A DNA stretch of 43,078 nucleotides from a virus. Under the pieces are notes generated by a model, which was not told the DNA's origin, ran no database searches, and was given only the letters and a program-made list of their open reading frames with translations. The stretch spans positions 1 through 43,078 of the IMG/VR virus record IMGVR_UViG_3300045988_169798, one strand, 5' to 3'. A program made the position numbers and the translations under genes. Each line of letters begins with the position of its first letter. Within the stretch, counting starts at the first letter, position 1. Positions 18,626-25,994 of this stretch are shown one piece after another.

Positions 18626-19621
18626 ATGGCAAACATTACTGGCTACACTAAGGCCGGAGTCGACAAGCTGACCGCCCCGCTGTTCTCCGCGATCTCGCCC
18701 TTCACGGTCGGTGGTCATTATTATTCTCCGGTCACATATTTTTGGCCTGATTTCTACAATGAAGGCCAGGCCGGAAAGGTCTCAAAGTGGGCCAAGACAC
18801 TGGCCTACGGGAATGCTCTCGGCTACGTGATTATGAATCGTTCCACGGGTGATTGGTCCGCCAAAGACAACGACTTTCTCACTCAGGCTCAGCGCGCCAA
18901 CGCGGCAGGGGCGAAGAGAATTCTTTGGTACATTCCTACCCGCTACGGTGTGGCATCGCTCGCCAAGGATGATGCCGCTCGGAATGGTGTGCCGGACCCG
19001 GACAAGTTCACGCGCGAATATATTATGCAGCTGTGCGCCAACCTCCGCTCCCAGTACGATGGTCTTTTCCAGGGCGTATTCCTGGACGAGGTAATCAGCG
19101 GCTGGGGCGCCCAGGCGGGACGGGTCGGATGGTACGGTGATCTCATCGGCGAAATTCGACGCACCTACGGCAAGAATTTCACAATCGCTATCAACCCTGG
19201 CAGCAATATTACTGAGGCCGTGTGCGCGCTCGATTTTGACGTGTGCATGAGCTTCGAGAACACTGCCGCCAAGTATTTGACGGACGACCCTAATAACCCG
19301 ATTGCGAATGATGTGATGCGTGCCCAGCCGTCCACCAGGTGGTGGCACGTCATTCACGGTGTTACGAAAGAGAATTTCCGACAGGTAATCGACCGCGCCG
19401 CGTCGTTTGGCGTTTCACATTTGTATGTGACCGACGGCGAGCTGGTGCAGGGTGAGGGCGGCCAATGGGTACCCGAGAAGAACCCTTATCAGAATCCTCC
19501 GTCGGATTGGATCATGGAGCGTGTGATCGCTTGGCATGGCGGCTACCTCGACCTGGCTGAGCGTGTTGCCGCGTTGGAAGCGAAGGCAGCTCCAGCCCCG
19601 TCTCCGCAGCCGGGCGCCTGA
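18626..19621 (+). CDS. Spherulin-4-like (spherulation-specific family 4) putative glycoside hydrolase / polysaccharide depolymerase
   Basis: 331 aa. Motifs match my memory of that family: GYVIMNRSTGDW, RILWYIPTRYG, FQGVFLDEV, FTIAINPGSN, SHLYVTDG. Confidence 0.5.
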   Translation: MANITGYTKAGVDKLTAPLFSAISPFTVGGHYYSPVTYFWPDFYNEGQAGKVSKWAKTLAYGNALGYVIMNRSTGDWSAKDNDFLTQAQRANAAGAKRILWYIPTRYGVASLAKDDAARNGVPDPDKFTREYIMQLCANLRSQYDGLFQGVFLDEVISGWGAQAGRVGWYGDLIGEIRRTYGKNFTIAINPGSNITEAVCALDFDVCMSFENTAAKYLTDDPNNPIANDVMRAQPSTRWWHVIHGVTKENFRQVIDRAASFGVSHLYVTDGELVQGEGGQWVPEKNPYQNPPSDWIMERVIAWHGGYLDLAERVAALEAKAAPAPSPQPGA

Positions 19622-19622
19622 G

Positions 19623-19638
19623 TGTTTCACGTGAAACA
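19623..19638. repeat. Perfect 16-bp palindrome TGTTTCACGTGAAACA (copy 1)
   Basis: Read directly from the sequence. Identical copy at 26794-26809 and a 15/16 copy at 26770-26785. Confidence 0.9.
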
Positions 19639-19678
19639 TTCCCCCTCACCGCAGAAATCGTGGTGAGGGGGAATGTTT
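19634..19678. terminator. Bidirectional terminator hairpin between convergent tail and antisense operons
   Basis: AAACATTCCCCCTCACC 19634-19650 pairs with GGTGAGGGGGAATGTTT 19662-19678 (17 bp). T-run on the + side. Confidence 0.7.
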
Positions 19679-19697
19679 TCATGCCCGACGGAAGAGA

Positions 19698-20165
19698 CTA
19701 CAGTCCCAAGCGCTGATAGTCTCCTCCGTGCTCGCGGGCAATATCGTCCAATACGCCCATGAGATCAGAGCGCGCATCGTCCTGAACGTCGATCGACGGT
19801 GAGTTCAGGATCGAGTGAATCGTGTTATTGATCTCTCGGAATTGGCGAGCGGCGATTGCGTCACACTCTACACTGCTCCATCGTCGCGTTAGACGGCGTG
19901 CAAGATTGCATGTGCTCTCTCCGCTTGTTTCATGGTAAACGCCCACGACGTTCAATGGCCAGCCCCAGACAATCCATTTACTGACAGCGCTGCCGTCGCT
20001 GTTTTCTACGGTGACGTCAATTCCGACACCTTTATAGTGATTGTGCCACTTCAGGCGGGCGACCATGTTCGTTTCGTCGATATCGCACGCGTCGGGCTTC
20101 GGAAGCCACAGCTGTGTGAGGCTAATCTCGTGTTCAATCTCCAGCATTGGGTTATTTGCTGTCAT
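19698..20165 (-). CDS. Hypothetical protein
   Basis: ATG 20165 overlaps the upstream TGA (ATGA). 155 aa, last gene of the antisense operon. Confidence 0.55.
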   Translation of the reverse strand: MTANNPMLEIEHEISLTQLWLPKPDACDIDETNMVARLKWHNHYKGVGIDVTVENSDGSAVSKWIVWGWPLNVVGVYHETSGESTCNLARRLTRRWSSVECDAIAARQFREINNTIHSILNSPSIDVQDDARSDLMGVLDDIAREHGGDYQRLGL

Positions 20166-20416
20166 GAGACGCTCCGCAGAAGTAGGTTGCAACGCATCGC
20201 AGAATGCTCCGGGCCACAGGCTTCCTCGTGAGTCCATCCCGCTGAGACGCCGCGCTTCGTCGTCGCTGTGACACCGCCATCGGTGACCTCGATCTTCCCC
20301 GACGGGGAATCAATGACGGTAACTCCCGCACGGTCTGAAATGCGGGGCGACGGGATCGTGTCCCGCAATTCCTTAACAATCGCCAACGCGATTTCCCGCC
20401 GATCATTCTTGCTCAT
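20162..20416 (-). CDS. Hypothetical protein
   Basis: 84 aa. The ATG shares 1 nt with the dcd stop (TAATG). Confidence 0.5.
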   Translation of the reverse strand: MSKNDRREIALAIVKELRDTIPSPRISDRAGVTVIDSPSGKIEVTDGGVTATTKRGVSAGWTHEEACGPEHSAMRCNLLLRSVS

Positions 20417-20934
20417 TAGTCTACCTCCCGAGCGGACGGCGTAACCCCGGCCTGCCCTTGATAATGTGAGCCCAGACCATTGGTGCCGTACGGCATACTG
20501 GCGGGCCTGTCCAAGTCCTCGAAAGCAATCTGCGCAATCCTATCCCCCGGGAAGAGAAGAGCGGGTTTAGTGGAGTGCAGGTTAGCGATCTCCAGAGTCA
20601 CGTTTCCTTGGAATCCTGGGTCAATGTATCCCGCGGACACGTGGACGAGAATTCCGCGGCGCGCCCACGATGATTTGCCTTCCACCCTAGCTACAAGGTC
20701 GGCAGGCACATTGACTTTCTCCTGGGTGGACGCGAGAATAAACTCACCCGGCAACAGCTCATAACCATTCTCGCCGATGGTGACATTCTCATCACCGTGG
20801 CGGTAGGCGATAATGTTTTCGTCTAGCCGCACTTCCACCGACGCCGGCTGGATAGACAACGGCTTGCGCCAGTCGGAGATGAGCTCACCCCAATCGATTC
20901 TGCGTCGGAGAGTAAAATCACTCAGTGTAGCCAT
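20416..20934 (-). CDS. dcd: dCTP deaminase (possibly bifunctional dCTP deaminase/dUTPase type)
   Basis: 172 aa. Motifs VSAGYIDPGFQGNVTLEIANL and C-terminal SHYQGQ typical of Dcd/Dut-fold enzymes. Confidence 0.8.
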   Translation of the reverse strand: MATLSDFTLRRRIDWGELISDWRKPLSIQPASVEVRLDENIIAYRHGDENVTIGENGYELLPGEFILASTQEKVNVPADLVARVEGKSSWARRGILVHVSAGYIDPGFQGNVTLEIANLHSTKPALLFPGDRIAQIAFEDLDRPASMPYGTNGLGSHYQGQAGVTPSAREVD

Positions 20935-21389
20935 TGCGGTAGTCCCTCGTCTTCGTTTTCCTTGATCACATGGACCGTGTAACCTTTATCGCATAGGATT
21001 GCTTTGGCTTCAAGTGCAAGGGCGAGCTTCTCTCCCGGGATGATTCCTACCGTGTCCTTACCGCGCTCCGACAGTACGATTGCACAGACGTACGTACCAT
21101 CGTCCAGTGAGTCGCTGTAAGTGAGCACATACCCGCTTATCTCATCCGAATATGTGCACCTAGTAAAAGTGATCCTTCCTTCCCGCCATGAACGCAAGGC
21201 GAGTGTTACTCCCTGAACAAATTGAACGGTGTGCATAAGCCCACGGATCGCGCCAGGCGGATCGATAGCGTAACTCCTGATACTGAAGTTACAGTCATGG
21301 GCATGCATAAACGCAGCTGCACCCCACAGTTCACCACATTTTGCCAAATCGACGAAAGCAATATCAACAATATTCTCCACAATACTCAC
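20922..21389 (-). CDS. Hypothetical protein
   Basis: 155 aa. GTG start overlaps the upstream TGA (GTGA). Confidence 0.5.
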   Translation of the reverse strand: MSIVENIVDIAFVDLAKCGELWGAAAFMHAHDCNFSIRSYAIDPPGAIRGLMHTVQFVQGVTLALRSWREGRITFTRCTYSDEISGYVLTYSDSLDDGTYVCAIVLSERGKDTVGIIPGEKLALALEAKAILCDKGYTVHVIKENEDEGLPQWLH

Positions 21390-22390
21390 GCTTCCGGAAT
21401 ATAGCCGTTGAGGCGATCGTATGAAATGGCGGACGTGAACTCTGTGAGCCGGTCTCGAATTTCTCTGGCGCGATCCTCTGGGGTGAGCTGTCTGTTGATA
21501 GTGTCCCAGTGGACGTTTCGCAGAATTGCGATCGCCGTCTGGGCTCCCTGCTTGGCGACGAGTTCACGAAGATACCCCGCCGCCTTTCCCATGTCAATAT
21601 TCTCATCGACACCATCCTTGTGGCCGGCCCTGAGAATGTACTTCAAAGCACTACTGGTCAGATAGTCTTTGTCGCGAATAAAGGCGATGGGGGCGGGGTC
21701 AAGGGCCGCATAATGTGATGAGTGAGTTACCTCATTCTCGTGCACATTATTCTCGGCGCACCCGCCATTCTTCTCTGTGACATAGAGAGTGTCATCGCAC
21801 AAGGTCAACTCATAGCGCTGCTCGTCGAACGTGAGAAACGCTTCTCCCCCATTCTCGCCCTCATACCAAATACACCATTCGCCAGTGAAATACCTGCAAA
21901 CCTTCCTGACAGGCGCATAATAGCTGTCAGAAACACAAAAGCAAACCGGACCGTTCGTGAATTTCAGCTCGCAGCCAGGGTCAGTATGATACCTGCCAAT
22001 ACGCCGCCAACACCAACCATCATACTTCCGCTCCAGAGAAACATAGCGACGGCTCCAGCAATCTACTCGCCATTTACAAAAAGAATTGCGGCGGACGCGC
22101 ACCTCCCAGAAGCCATCATGCGACACTACCTTCAAAACATACTCGTATACGCCACTCGGGTAGTAAATCTTCTCACACTCATCATCTACAGGTGACACTA
22201 CATAATCTCCTTTCTCTGTCTTCGTGATTGAATACTCGTCGTATTTGAAATAGTGTCTTCGCTCTGCACCGCCATGAATAGAATCGAAACCAATCCCTTT
22301 GCTGTCGCCGGTTTGCGATATGATTCTCTCTTTACTGCCGTCCGGCAAGTACAGCCAAACCATTTTCAAAAACACCATGTCCACAGCCAT
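21386..22390 (-). CDS. Two-domain protein: Cys/Trp/Tyr-rich N-terminal region plus a DUF3310-like C-terminal domain
   Basis: 334 aa. C-terminal SHYAALDPAPIAFIRDKDYLTSSALKYILRAGHKDGVDENIDMGKAAGYLRELV fits the HY..I..I....KY..R..K....D..KA..YL pattern. Confidence 0.6.
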   Translation of the reverse strand: MAVDMVFLKMVWLYLPDGSKERIISQTGDSKGIGFDSIHGGAERRHYFKYDEYSITKTEKGDYVVSPVDDECEKIYYPSGVYEYVLKVVSHDGFWEVRVRRNSFCKWRVDCWSRRYVSLERKYDGWCWRRIGRYHTDPGCELKFTNGPVCFCVSDSYYAPVRKVCRYFTGEWCIWYEGENGGEAFLTFDEQRYELTLCDDTLYVTEKNGGCAENNVHENEVTHSSHYAALDPAPIAFIRDKDYLTSSALKYILRAGHKDGVDENIDMGKAAGYLRELVAKQGAQTAIAILRNVHWDTINRQLTPEDRAREIRDRLTEFTSAISYDRLNGYIPEA

Positions 22391-22402
22391 TTCACGTCAT
22401 TT

Positions 22403-22732
22403 TCAGTTGCCGAGAGTGCCAACCGTGGCAAAGTAAGCGAAAAACACCTGAAGCCACCAAAAAACACGCCATGCAAGAGACAGTCCAATAACACCAACGA
22501 TAAGGGCGACTGCGCCCATGGCCATACCCTCACCCGTGGACCGCGGCCTACGAAGCCACGCTACGAAACGATTCGTGGGGCGCGGCGGCGCCATCACACT
22601 GAGTGGCACGGACAATGCGGGGGGCGCCGGGGCAGGCCGAGGCGGCGGAGGAGGAGGCGGCGTAGGTGCACTAGCCGCGGGCGGAGGAGGCGCAGGAGTC
22701 GGTGCCGACGGAGCGCTTGAAAAAGTAGACAT
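22403..22732 (-). CDS. Proline-rich membrane protein
   Basis: 109 aa. N-terminal half is APxPPPP repeats. The C-terminus has two hydrophobic helices (AVALIVGVIGLSLAW, WWLQVFFAYFATVGTL). GTGAGGAA RBS. Confidence 0.55.
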   Translation of the reverse strand: MSTFSSAPSAPTPAPPPPAASAPTPPPPPPPRPAPAPPALSVPLSVMAPPRPTNRFVAWLRRPRSTGEGMAMGAVALIVGVIGLSLAWRVFWWLQVFFAYFATVGTLGN

Positions 22733-22744
22733 AATAGTTGTTCC

Positions 22745-22933
22745 TCACTTTCCGTTCAGTTCTGCCATGAGACGGTTGGTCCAACCGTCACTGTAGTTGA
22801 AATTCGTGCGCTTAGCGTGGCGCATGCCCTTGATTCTCTTCGCCCGATTCCTCTTATGCTCCTGAAACTCAACTGTCTTGCGACGAACCTCGTCCTCGCG
22901 TCCGTCCATACGGCGGATTGCCAGGTATTTCAT
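22745..22933 (-). CDS. Small basic hypothetical protein
   Basis: ATG 22933 overlaps the upstream TGA (ATGA). 62 aa, Arg/Lys-rich. Confidence 0.45.
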   Translation of the reverse strand: MKYLAIRRMDGREDEVRRKTVEFQEHKRNRAKRIKGMRHAKRTNFNYSDGWTNRLMAELNGK

Positions 22934-23325
22934 GATTTGATCCACTCGATCTCATCGCCGAGAAGCCCGCGCAGATCATTGATCAGATTACGAGCGTTCC
23001 CGAATTCCTCCTCGGCGATATCGAAAACTCTGTAAACGTTCCCTTCGGTGCAAATCACAAGGAAGGAATTGTGGGCGCATTCGGGGACGAAAACATTGCG
23101 GACGTTCCCAATGAGTGCGGGCCGCTGAACAGGAATAGCCTGTACGAGATCGGCGCCAGTGAGAATCGCGACGGCGGTCACTCGCTCAACAGGGATTCCC
23201 CGAAATTCGTTCTCGCCTTTCTCGTATCCTTTTGCGGGGAAGTGAATTTTACTGCCTTTCAAATTGGTGAAAACGGCACCTCCGGTAGTTTTGCATGATC
23301 CGTATCCGGTGCGACGGTGTGCCAT
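22930..23325 (-). CDS. Hypothetical protein (first gene of the antisense operon)
   Basis: 131 aa. GAGAAGAGGA RBS upstream of ATG 23325. Confidence 0.55.
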   Translation of the reverse strand: MAHRRTGYGSCKTTGGAVFTNLKGSKIHFPAKGYEKGENEFRGIPVERVTAVAILTGADLVQAIPVQRPALIGNVRNVFVPECAHNSFLVICTEGNVYRVFDIAEEEFGNARNLINDLRGLLGDEIEWIKS

Positions 23326-23368
23326 AATAATCCTCTTCTCAAAATATGTGTATGTGATGGTGGTGGGT

Positions 23369-23402
23369 GGTGGTGGCCCTTCGTCCGTGATGGGCCACCA
23401 CC
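23369..23402 (-). terminator. Hairpin downstream of the 23415..23708 gene
   Basis: GGTGGTGGCCC 23369-23379 pairs with GGGCCACCACC 23392-23402 (11 bp). Confidence 0.45.
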
Positions 23403-23414
23403 GTTATGTGTGTG

Positions 23415-23708
23415 TCAGCGCTCCAGCCACCACTCGGCCAGGTAGGCGATGGTCTCGTCAGTCAGTGCGGAGAGTCCGTCGTGGACGATGGTGAATCCGT
23501 CGGCATCGTACTGCCAGAGTCCCCAGGAGACGACGTCGTCGCACACGTGGAGTCCGAGTGCCTGTCCACCGTCGGTGGTGCGTCGCATGAGGCCGATGGT
23601 CTCGCCGGTCTCGTCCACCCAGTAGTCCGTGTCGCCCCAGGCGTTGGCGGCAGTGCCGACGGCGTAGGCGATGTCGGTGTCGGTGGTGATGTTCGTAGTG
23701 GTGGTCAT
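23415..23708 (-). CDS. Small acidic hypothetical protein in a GC-rich island
   Basis: 97 aa, D/E/T/W-rich, G/C-ending codons, own downstream hairpin. Confidence 0.55.
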   Translation of the reverse strand: MTTTTNITTDTDIAYAVGTAANAWGDTDYWVDETGETIGLMRRTTDGGQALGLHVCDDVVSWGLWQYDADGFTIVHDGLSALTDETIAYLAEWWLER

Positions 23709-23838
23709 TGTCTTGTCCTCTCCGTCCCTGGCTGGAAGCTTGTCCTCCCTGCCGATGTCTTAATCATGCTCTCCCGTGCGTCATGGATCAACCCTACGTG
23801 GTGGTGGCCCATCCCACAAAACCAATGTGTGTGAGGTA

Positions 23839-23868
23839 TTGACAGATACTGGACCAATGTGGTATACG
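23839..23868 (+). promoter_or_regulatory. Putative promoter of the lysis cassette
   Basis: -35 TTGACA 23839-23844, 18-nt spacer, extended -10 TGG-TATACG 23860-23868. Confidence 0.45.
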
Positions 23869-23915
23869 CGCGCGCACGTACCTATATACGCTACGGACGC
23901 ACCCAGGCGCTCATG

Positions 23916-25412
23916 ATAAAATTATCACCACCGAAAACCTTTACGAAAGGCGGTGCAAAATTGGCAGATTCCGTCACAGAATATGCTGCGTCGGAAATGA
24001 AATATTGGTGCACCACAGGCGACTACGGGGGCACTGGATACGCCCAGGACAACCGCTGGACTTGCTACTGGAATTCCAATGATGCCGGTTGGAAAACGGG
24101 CCCTGGCGACATGGATTGCAGTAGCGGCGTAGCGGGCGCCTACAATATTGCATTTCACAATGTTTGGGGAACAGGTTGGGATGATCCGATCATGTTCCCG
24201 CGGACCGGCGAAACATGGACCGAAACCCTGAATTCCCTGGCCGCGAATCGCGGTTTCATGGATATTGGGGACACGTGGTACGGGTCTACGCCGTCGGGAG
24301 GATTCCATGTCGGCGACTTGATCCTGAAGACTACCGGAGACGGCGGACATGTCGCAATGTGCGTGCGCGAAGACGATGGTTCATTCAACGCGGGCGACCC
24401 GCTCCTCGCTGAGGCGTGGATTAATGAGAATGGCGAAATTGCGGAAGGGGCGATGGGGGATCAGACCGGCTACGAGACGCACGTAGTCCGGTACAGTAGT
24501 CACCCGATGACCGTCGCGGCCTCGTGGTCCACGTGCATCCGTTTCGGAAAACGGACCGATGCCGATAGCGGGCATGAGTCTGCCGGCTCATATCGCCTTT
24601 CTTCAATTCAGGAGGCCGTTCTCAGGGCCGCCGATGCGGAGAATTGCCCGTGGTGGGCCGCCCTGGCGTGCCTGTGGATGGAAACCGGCGAGCGTGGTGC
24701 GAACATTTATGGACACGACGCTGGCGGTGCTGGCCCGCACGGTGAGGAAGTGACCGAGGAGAATTTCCGCGAATTTCTTGCGGCGCTTCGAGACGGCGAA
24801 ACCTCAAACGGGGTTGGTCCGTTGCAGATTACGTATCCGGGTTATTTCTTTGATGATCCGGATCGTGAATGGTGGATGCCGGAAAGGTCGTCTGAGGTCG
24901 GATGCCGTATTCTTCGTGATCTTATCAACGCTGAAGGCGATTCTTATGAGGCCTTGAAGCGTGTTGGGTCGCGGTATAATTCAGGAAATCCGTATGACGC
25001 GTATGAGTCTTATGGGATTCTTTTCAGTAATCGTTGCAAGTCTTGGTATGAGTATGGCCGCCCTTCCGGGGGCGCCGGAGAGGAATTTTGGGATATGAGC
25101 GAGGGTGTTGATCTGCTCAGGGAGATTCGCGATCTTTTCCGTAGTGGAAAGGCGGGGGATCACTTCGCGGGCGACATGAATTGGTACGCCAAGGCGACCT
25201 ATGAGGAGGTTAAGTCTATTCACGCGTCCGTGGATCAGATTCTGCATTCTGTGACTCCGGGGCAGGAGAATGTCCGTGAGGCGGGTGCGATTTATGGTGC
25301 CGTGAATGAGATTCGTAAGGCGGTGTCGACGCCGTCGTCTTTGCAGGCGCATGATGGTGTCGCGGAGTCTCCTACTCCGGCTGAGTCTCCTGCTCCGGCG
25401 GAGAATTCTTGA
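23916..25412 (+). CDS. Endolysin: N-terminal Cys/His peptidase (NlpC/P60 or CHAP-like) plus a lytic transglycosylase-like domain
   Basis: DCSSGVAG ... GDGGHVAMCV in the N-terminal domain; WMETGERG ... NGVGPLQITYPGY in the central domain. Start is uncertain: the GTG at 23859 lies inside the predicted promoter, so ATG 23916 is used. Confidence 0.75.
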   Translation: MKLSPPKTFTKGGAKLADSVTEYAASEMKYWCTTGDYGGTGYAQDNRWTCYWNSNDAGWKTGPGDMDCSSGVAGAYNIAFHNVWGTGWDDPIMFPRTGETWTETLNSLAANRGFMDIGDTWYGSTPSGGFHVGDLILKTTGDGGHVAMCVREDDGSFNAGDPLLAEAWINENGEIAEGAMGDQTGYETHVVRYSSHPMTVAASWSTCIRFGKRTDADSGHESAGSYRLSSIQEAVLRAADAENCPWWAALACLWMETGERGANIYGHDAGGAGPHGEEVTEENFREFLAALRDGETSNGVGPLQITYPGYFFDDPDREWWMPERSSEVGCRILRDLINAEGDSYEALKRVGSRYNSGNPYDAYESYGILFSNRCKSWYEYGRPSGGAGEEFWDMSEGVDLLREIRDLFRSGKAGDHFAGDMNWYAKATYEEVKSIHASVDQILHSVTPGQENVREAGAIYGAVNEIRKAVSTPSSLQAHDGVAESPTPAESPAPAENS

Positions 25413-25536
25413 CGCGACATGTTGGTGTTCCATCGTGGCGTATTCGGCTAGTATTATGCTGAGTGTCGTGTCATGATGGGTACGACATGCGGGGAGCTTC
25501 ACTCTCTTCCCTCTCCGTGATCTCCTGTGACAGTGG

Positions 25537-25587
25537 TAGAGCAAGTCTCCGGACGGTCAATGAATGATCGTCCGGAGACTTGCTCTA
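25537..25587 (+). terminator. Hairpin downstream of the endolysin gene
   Basis: TAGAGCAAGTCTCCGGACG 25537-25555 pairs perfectly (19 bp) with CGTCCGGAGACTTGCTCTA 25569-25587. Confidence 0.5.
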
Positions 25588-25743
25588 TGTGTGCTATACT
25601 TTCCTGCGTACCGCTTATATTGGTTAATACACAAATATTTTCCTACGCGTTCCGACGGTGCAATAAGAGAATACTATCGCCCTCATGTTTTCCTACACAC
25701 ATTAACCCGACATGCTCTAGGAATCGGCGTGAGGGCGATGGTA

Positions 25744-25749
25744 TACAAT
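25744..25749 (+). promoter_or_regulatory. Putative -10 box (TACAAT) giving a leaderless mRNA at ATG 25757
   Basis: Exactly 7 nt between the -10 end and the ATG, the same geometry as 86-99. No RBS upstream of the ATG. Confidence 0.3.
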
Positions 25750-25756
25750 CCATCCA

Positions 25757-25987
25757 ATGAAAGTGAAAATTAGGGTGACTAAGTCGCTTTATGTGGCCAC
25801 TATTTTTGCGGCTGCCATGGTGACGGCAAACACTGCGCTCATGGTGTATGAAGATTATACCAATGGCACTATGAATGTGACTCGTGATTCTTTGTGGTGT
25901 GTTGGCGCGATCATTCTTTGGGCCAGCGTACGCACCGTCAGATTCATGCGAACCATTGGGTACCATCCGGGCTTCCACAGAAAGTAA
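25757..25987 (+). CDS. Small two-TM membrane protein (holin-like)
   Basis: 76 aa. Hydrophobic segments SLYVATIFAAAMVTANTALMVY and SLWCVGAIILWASV. Basic C-terminus. Confidence 0.5.
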   Translation: MKVKIRVTKSLYVATIFAAAMVTANTALMVYEDYTNGTMNVTRDSLWCVGAIILWASVRTVRFMRTIGYHPGFHRK

Positions 25988-25994
25988 CTAAAAC

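Noticed and set aside
19415-19639. ORFs beginning MFHVKH (also 26427-26810 on the - strand and 26769-27215 on the + strand)
   Set aside because: The start is the translation of the palindrome TGTTTCACGTGAAACA. The ORFs overlap real genes on the opposite strand and run through terminator hairpins.
22518-22796. Gly-rich 92-aa ORF on the + strand
   Set aside because: It is the mirror image of the Pro-rich coding region on the - strand, which has an RBS, an ATG and operon context.
23859-23915. GTG 23859 as the endolysin start (track ORF start)
   Set aside because: It lies within the predicted TTGACA-N18-TATACG promoter, so it would be upstream of the transcript start. ATG 23916 was chosen, though the true start remains uncertain.
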